A stretch of DNA of 64,000 nucleotides, taken from the NCBI GenBank assembly GCA_902571015.1, contig CACGAC010000006.1, forward strand, positions 3,941-67,940, given 5' to 3'. This DNA is from an uncultured Pelagibacteraceae bacterium (GTDB lineage Bacteria > Pseudomonadota > Alphaproteobacteria > Pelagibacterales > Pelagibacteraceae). A model generated the notes under the pieces. It ran no database searches, was not told where the DNA came from, and saw only the letters and a program-made list of their open reading frames with translations. Within the stretch, counting starts at the first letter, position 1; each line of letters starts with the position of its first letter. The position numbers and the translations under genes were made by a program. Positions 59,742 through 64,000 of the stretch are shown piece by piece.

Positions 59742-60860
59742 TTAATTTTTGATTGCATCTCCTGGGTTAACATATTCATGTCCAAATACATCTGCAACAG
59801 CTTTATAAGTCACATGACCCTTATGAACATTTAATCCTGCTAAAAAGTTTTTATCTTCACTAAGAGCTTTTTGATAACCTCTATTGGCTAATTTAACTAA
59901 ATAAGGAAGTGTTGCTTTGTTTAATGCGATAGTTGATGTTCTAGGAACCCCTCCTGGCATGTTAGCTACACAATAATGAACAACGTTATCAACTATAAAA
60001 GTTGGATCATTAAAAGTTGTCGGTTTACTTGTTTCTACACAACCACCTTGATCAATTGCAACGTCAACAATAACAGAGCCTCTTTTCATCAATTTTAACA
60101 TATCTTTAGTGACTAATTTAGGCGCCTCTGCTCCGGGGATTAAAACTCCTCCTACTATTAAGTCTGCTTCAGCTACTAACTTTTTTAAATCTATCTTATC
60201 ACTTTGTTCTGGGATAATTTTATCTCCAAACATTTCAACTAATTGTTTTAGTCTTGCTTCTGATTTATCTACAACATGAACTTTTGCCTTCATACCAGTT
60301 GCTATAGTTGCAGCATTTTCTCCCACTACACCTCCACCTAAAATTAAAACATTCGCTGGTTCACCACCAGGAGCTCCACCCAATAATACTCCTCTGCCTT
60401 TTTGGTTTTTTTCTAAACAATGTGCTCCAGCTTGAACTGACATACGTCCTGCTACAGCACTCATAGGTGCAAGTAAAGGAAGCCTTCCATTATCATCAGT
60501 AATGGTTTCATAAGCTATATTAATACTTTTTGATTTTACCAAACCCTCTGTCAATTCTTTTGCAGCAGCTAGATGTAAATAGGTGTATACGATTTGATTT
60601 TCTTTAATCATTTCAACCTCAACTTTTTGAGGTTCTTTAACTTTAACAATTATTTCAGCGTCATTAAAAATATCAGTGGCTTTTTCAATAATTTTAGCTC
60701 CAGCATTTTTGTACTGATCATTGTCGAAACCTGCTTCAAAGCCTCCATTGTTTTCTACTAATACTTCATGTCCCTCAGAGACAAGAGTTTTTACACTATC
60801 TGGTGTTAGGCCTATTCTATTTTCTTGAGGTTTAATTTCTTTAGGTACGCCAATTCTCAT
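59742..60860 (-). CDS. ald: Alanine dehydrogenase
   Basis: IGVPKEIK.QENR, VKVKEP, LPLLAPMSAVAGR, VDVAIDQGG, VANMPG. Confidence 0.97.
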   Translation of the reverse strand: MRIGVPKEIKPQENRIGLTPDSVKTLVSEGHEVLVENNGGFEAGFDNDQYKNAGAKIIEKATDIFNDAEIIVKVKEPQKVEVEMIKENQIVYTYLHLAAAKELTEGLVKSKSINIAYETITDDNGRLPLLAPMSAVAGRMSVQAGAHCLEKNQKGRGVLLGGAPGGEPANVLILGGGVVGENAATIATGMKAKVHVVDKSEARLKQLVEMFGDKIIPEQSDKIDLKKLVAEADLIVGGVLIPGAEAPKLVTKDMLKLMKRGSVIVDVAIDQGGCVETSKPTTFNDPTFIVDNVVHYCVANMPGGVPRTSTIALNKATLPYLVKLANRGYQKALSEDKNFLAGLNVHKGHVTYKAVADVFGHEYVNPGDAIKN

Positions 60861-60869
60861 TAACGAAAT

Positions 60870-62216
60870 TTAATTCTTTTTACTTTTTGCGTAATTAGTT
60901 ATTCCGGTTCTTAATTTTTCAATAATTTCATCAATATGTTTTTTTTCACAAATAAACATCGGTGCTATAATTAAACAATCACCTGTGGCTTTGAAATTTA
61001 CTCCAGCATCATAACAGTGTTTAAAAGTAGCTAAGCCTGCTTTACCAGGTCTACCATCAGTTTTAATATCTATACCACCCATCATTCCATAGCCTCTAAT
61101 GTTATCGACTACATCAATATCTTTTAGTGAAAATAGTCCTTCTTGGAAGTAAGGAGCAAGTTCTTTTGCTCTATTGAAAATATCCTCTTTTTCAAAAATA
61201 TCTTGAACAGCTAATGCTGCTGCAACAGAAACTGGTATTCCTGAATAAGTGTAACCATGAAATAATTCTATCGCACCTTTTGGAGAATTATCCATAACTG
61301 CATCATAAATTTCTTCTTTACAAGCAACCACACCAAATGGAACTATTCCATTAGTTGTTGCTTTTGCCATAGTCATTATGTCAGGTGTCACGCCAAACTC
61401 TTGAGCTCCAAAAGCTGAACCGGTTCTTCCCCATCCAGTAATAACTTCATCGAAAATCAAAAGTATTTTATGTTTGTCACAAAGTTCTCTTAATCTTTGT
61501 AAATATCCAACTGGTGGAACTAAAGTTCCTGTCGAACCAGCAATCGGCTCAACAATACAAGCTGCAATATTTTCTGAACCAAAATTAGTACAAATTCTTT
61601 CTAAATCATTTGCAATTTCAGCACCTGTTTCAGGTTGACCTGATATAAATTTATGTTCATCTAAATGTGTATGTCTCATATGAACAACACCTGGCATCAA
61701 CACACTTGCATAAGCTTTCACATTATTAATCATACCACCTACTGATGTTGCTCCAATATTCATCCCATGATATGCACGTTCTCTTCCAACAAATCTAAAT
61801 CTTTGTCCTTCACCTCTTGCTTTATGGTAGGCAATACTAATCTTGATCGCTGTTTCAACTGCAGTAGATCCACAAATTGTATAAAAAATTTTATTTAAAT
61901 TTCCTGGAGTATGTTTTGAAATTCTAGTCGCTAATTCAAAAGATCCACCAAATCCTTGTTGGAAGGGTTGACAATAATCTAAAGTTTGTAATTGATTTGT
62001 TATTGCTTCAATAATTTCTTTTCTACCGTGTCCTAAAGGATTACAAAATAATCCTGAGCTTGCATCAATTTGAGTTTTACCTTGGTGATTTTTTAAATAT
62101 ACACCTTTTGCCTCCACTATAAGTTTTGGATTTTCTTTAAAATCTTTATTAGATGTAAATGGCATCCAATGTTCATTTAAAGAATTAGGTACTGATGTTC
62201 TTTTTTCTGAGCTCAT
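60870..62216 (-). CDS. Class III PLP aminotransferase, omega-amino acid:pyruvate type
   Basis: WMPFT, AYHG, VEPIAGS, FDEVITGWGRTG, TMAK, HGYTYSG. Confidence 0.88.
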   Translation of the reverse strand: MSSEKRTSVPNSLNEHWMPFTSNKDFKENPKLIVEAKGVYLKNHQGKTQIDASSGLFCNPLGHGRKEIIEAITNQLQTLDYCQPFQQGFGGSFELATRISKHTPGNLNKIFYTICGSTAVETAIKISIAYHKARGEGQRFRFVGRERAYHGMNIGATSVGGMINNVKAYASVLMPGVVHMRHTHLDEHKFISGQPETGAEIANDLERICTNFGSENIAACIVEPIAGSTGTLVPPVGYLQRLRELCDKHKILLIFDEVITGWGRTGSAFGAQEFGVTPDIMTMAKATTNGIVPFGVVACKEEIYDAVMDNSPKGAIELFHGYTYSGIPVSVAAALAVQDIFEKEDIFNRAKELAPYFQEGLFSLKDIDVVDNIRGYGMMGGIDIKTDGRPGKAGLATFKHCYDAGVNFKATGDCLIIAPMFICEKKHIDEIIEKLRTGITNYAKSKKN

Positions 62217-62289
62217 ATTAAAATTTCATAAATGATTAATTAATGAATCCTTAGACTAATTAAGTCCAATAAACCACCAAAATAATTGT

Positions 62290-62306
62290 CACAACTTAAA
62301 GTTGTG
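62290..62306. promoter_or_regulatory. Perfect 17-bp palindrome in the divergent promoter (candidate operator)
   Basis: CACAACTT-A-AAGTTGTG. Confidence 0.55.
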
Positions 62307-62392
62307 TAACTAGAATGAGCATTTTTTTGTTTTACATATAGGCCAATTTAATCTTAAAATTGAAACTTATAAATAAACAAGGAAGAGGAAAA

Positions 62393-63334
62393 ATGAAAAA
62401 AATAATTAGTTTTATTCTTGGATGTTTTGTAGCTCTTAATCTTTCAATTTCAGTTGCTAATTCAGCAGCTAATGAAGTTAGAGTTGCATACTTCTTAGAG
62501 TGGCCAAGCCCGAATCTAGAGGATATGATGAAGAAAAACTTCGCTAAAGCTTTAGGGGTTCCTGTTAAGTGGACAAACTTTACTAATGGTGGTGCAATGA
62601 CTGATGCTATGTTAGCGGGAGATATTGATATCTCTTACTCTCAAGGTTTAGTTCCATTCATTAATGCTGTTAAATCAAAAGCTCCTATCAAACTTGTAGA
62701 TATTGCTATGGAATACGGAATGGGTGGTACAACATGTGTAACATCTAATGCATCAGGTATAACAAAAGCTAACGCTACAGAACTTGAGGGTAAAAAAGTT
62801 GCTGTTCCACTAGGTACAATGGCTGAATACGTTTTTGATGAAAGTATGAAAGTTGTTGGTGCGGACAGAAAAAAAATGGATATCATTCAAATGGACCCTG
62901 AAGAAGGCGCTGCTGCTTTAGTAAGTGGTGATGTTGTAATGGCATGTTTATTTGGTGGTAACTCAATTAAAGCTGCAACTGCAGTTGGATCTAGATTACT
63001 TACAGTTCAAGAAGCTAGAGACGCAGGTATCTTAGGTATTGATATCACTTCAGTAACTACTAAGTTTATGAAGGAAAATCCAGGTATGCTAAGAACTTTT
63101 ATTGAAGTAACTCATGAGGCTAATGCAAGATATAGAGCTGGTAAAAGCGATATGAACTCAATGTCAAAAGCTTCTGAAATGAAAGTTGCTGATATGAAAG
63201 AAACTTTAAGTGGCTTTAAATTTCTAACACCAGAGGAAACTAAACAATCTATGGAAAGTGGAAATCTTGATGCATTCTTAAAAGGAATGGGAACACCAAG
63301 AGGAAACGTAGATACTAGTTTCTTACCTTTATAA
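62393..63334 (+). CDS. tauA: Taurine/sulfonate-type ABC substrate-binding protein (TauA-like)
   Basis: Signal peptide, VAYFLEWP, W..F..G..M..AM..GDIDI, GKKVAVPLGT. ATG 62393 follows AAGGAAGAGGA. Confidence 0.75.
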   Translation: MKKIISFILGCFVALNLSISVANSAANEVRVAYFLEWPSPNLEDMMKKNFAKALGVPVKWTNFTNGGAMTDAMLAGDIDISYSQGLVPFINAVKSKAPIKLVDIAMEYGMGGTTCVTSNASGITKANATELEGKKVAVPLGTMAEYVFDESMKVVGADRKKMDIIQMDPEEGAAALVSGDVVMACLFGGNSIKAATAVGSRLLTVQEARDAGILGIDITSVTTKFMKENPGMLRTFIEVTHEANARYRAGKSDMNSMSKASEMKVADMKETLSGFKFLTPEETKQSMESGNLDAFLKGMGTPRGNVDTSFLPL

Positions 63335-63355
63335 TCTAAGGGTAATTTAAATTTT

Positions 63356-63394
63356 AATAGGCGCCAATTGTAATAAATTGGTGCCTATTTTTTT
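63356..63394 (+). terminator. Intercistronic hairpin with U-tract after the binding-protein gene
   Basis: AATAGGCGCCAATT / AATTGGTGCCTATT (one G-U pair), 6-nt loop, then a T-run. Confidence 0.75.
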
Positions 63395-63422
63395 ATTAAA
63401 AATTCAAATATAAAGTCTCTTT

Positions 63423-64000
63423 ATGAGTGATTTAATTTCACAAAATCTAAACATGATTTTTAAAACTCCTAAAGGAGAAACTGTTCACGCTTTAAAAGAT
63501 TTAAATTTTACTCTCAAAAAAGGAGAGCTTCTTACTGTTCTTGGGCCGTCTGGTTGCGGAAAGACTACATTGCTTAACATTACTGCAGGATTTATTAGAC
63601 CAACTTCAGGAAGTATTACTCTTAATAATAAAGAAATAGATGGACCAGGAGTTGAAAGGGGTATGGTTTTTCAACAAGGTGCTTTATTTGAATGGCTAAC
63701 AGTTGCTGAAAATGTCAACTTTGGATTAAGAATGAAAAAAGAAGATCCAATTGAAACTCAAAAAAAAGTTGATGAATGGTTAGAGATTGTTGGATTAAAA
63801 GGTTTTGGAAACACTCCAACTTATCAATTATCTGGAGGAATGCAGCAGAGAGTTGCCCTTGCAAGATGTCTAATCAACAACCCAGATTTGATTTTAATGG
63901 ATGAACCATTAGGAGCCCTTGATGCTCTTACAAGAGAAAAAATGCAGTCCCTAGTTTTAAAAATTTGGAAAGAAACTGGTAAAACAATTATTCTTATTAC
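63423..64000 (+). CDS. tauB: Partial ABC ATPase, TauB/SsuB/NrtD-like (runs off the window end)
   Basis: My translation: MSDLISQNLNMIFKTPKGETVHALKDLNF...GPSGCGKTT...VFQ...LSGGMQQRVALAR...LMDEPLGALD. Confidence 0.8.
   Translation, partial: MSDLISQNLNMIFKTPKGETVHALKDLNFTLKKGELLTVLGPSGCGKTTLLNITAGFIRPTSGSITLNNKEIDGPGVERGMVFQQGALFEWLTVAENVNFGLRMKKEDPIETQKKVDEWLEIVGLKGFGNTPTYQLSGGMQQRVALARCLINNPDLILMDEPLGALDALTREKMQSLVLKIWKETGKTIILI

Noticed and set aside
1454-62392. Longer N-termini given by the ORF track (1454, 23091, 31693, 49785, 53219, 55128, 62360)
   Set aside because: They overlap neighbouring genes or promoters, or lack an SD. Downstream ATGs fit family N-termini better.
1486-62886. Roughly 30 short antisense or out-of-frame ORFs in the track (e.g. 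4675..4965, 6875..7210, 18581..18838, 27126..27536, 49379..49693, 54125..54385, 62641..62886)
   Set aside because: All lie inside well-supported genes on the other strand or frame, with no recognisable motifs; treated as shadow ORFs.
1-64000. CRISPR arrays, rRNA, tmRNA, RNase P RNA, IS elements
   Set aside because: No regularly spaced repeats or recognisable sequences, and intergenic spaces are too short.

Overview
AT-rich, densely packed chromosomal window with many overlapping stop/start codons and short intergenic gaps. Gene content, gene order and an AdoMetDC-spermidine synthase fusion point to a streamlined marine alphaproteobacterium of the SAR11 / Ca. Pelagibacter type (inference; no database search was run). 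Most of 1-37 kb is core metabolism: sfsA-map-purBCSQL-bolA-grxD, rpsD, cimA, cysS, nadE, class II DAHP synthase, glmS with a stand-alone GlmU acetyltransferase half, prpDBC, nrdAB with tandem NrdR boxes, PMM/PGM, dusA, a TRAP transporter with a divergent CoA-transferase, and rpoZ. From 38 to 64 kb there are accessory or specialised modules. These are a small LPS-type glycosylation cassette and an M24 hydrolase that lacks its metal ligands. Next is a polar amino-acid ABC transporter with no ATPase, co-oriented with a speD-speE fusion and mtnP-mtnA-class II aldolase (a DHAP-shunt-like MTA salvage set) next to a divergent apt. A surface-glycan block (GT2, rmlBAC without rmlD, an SDR, a GT-C) abuts the 3' end of tRNA-Met. 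After it come two tandem small tail-anchored paralogues divergent from an internally duplicated double winged-HTH protein, and an amine-catabolism locus (TauAB-like ABC, omega-amino acid:pyruvate aminotransferase, ald, GcvT-family dehydrogenase). No CRISPR array, rRNA, integrase or transposase was seen. Family calls rest on motifs I recognise in the translations.
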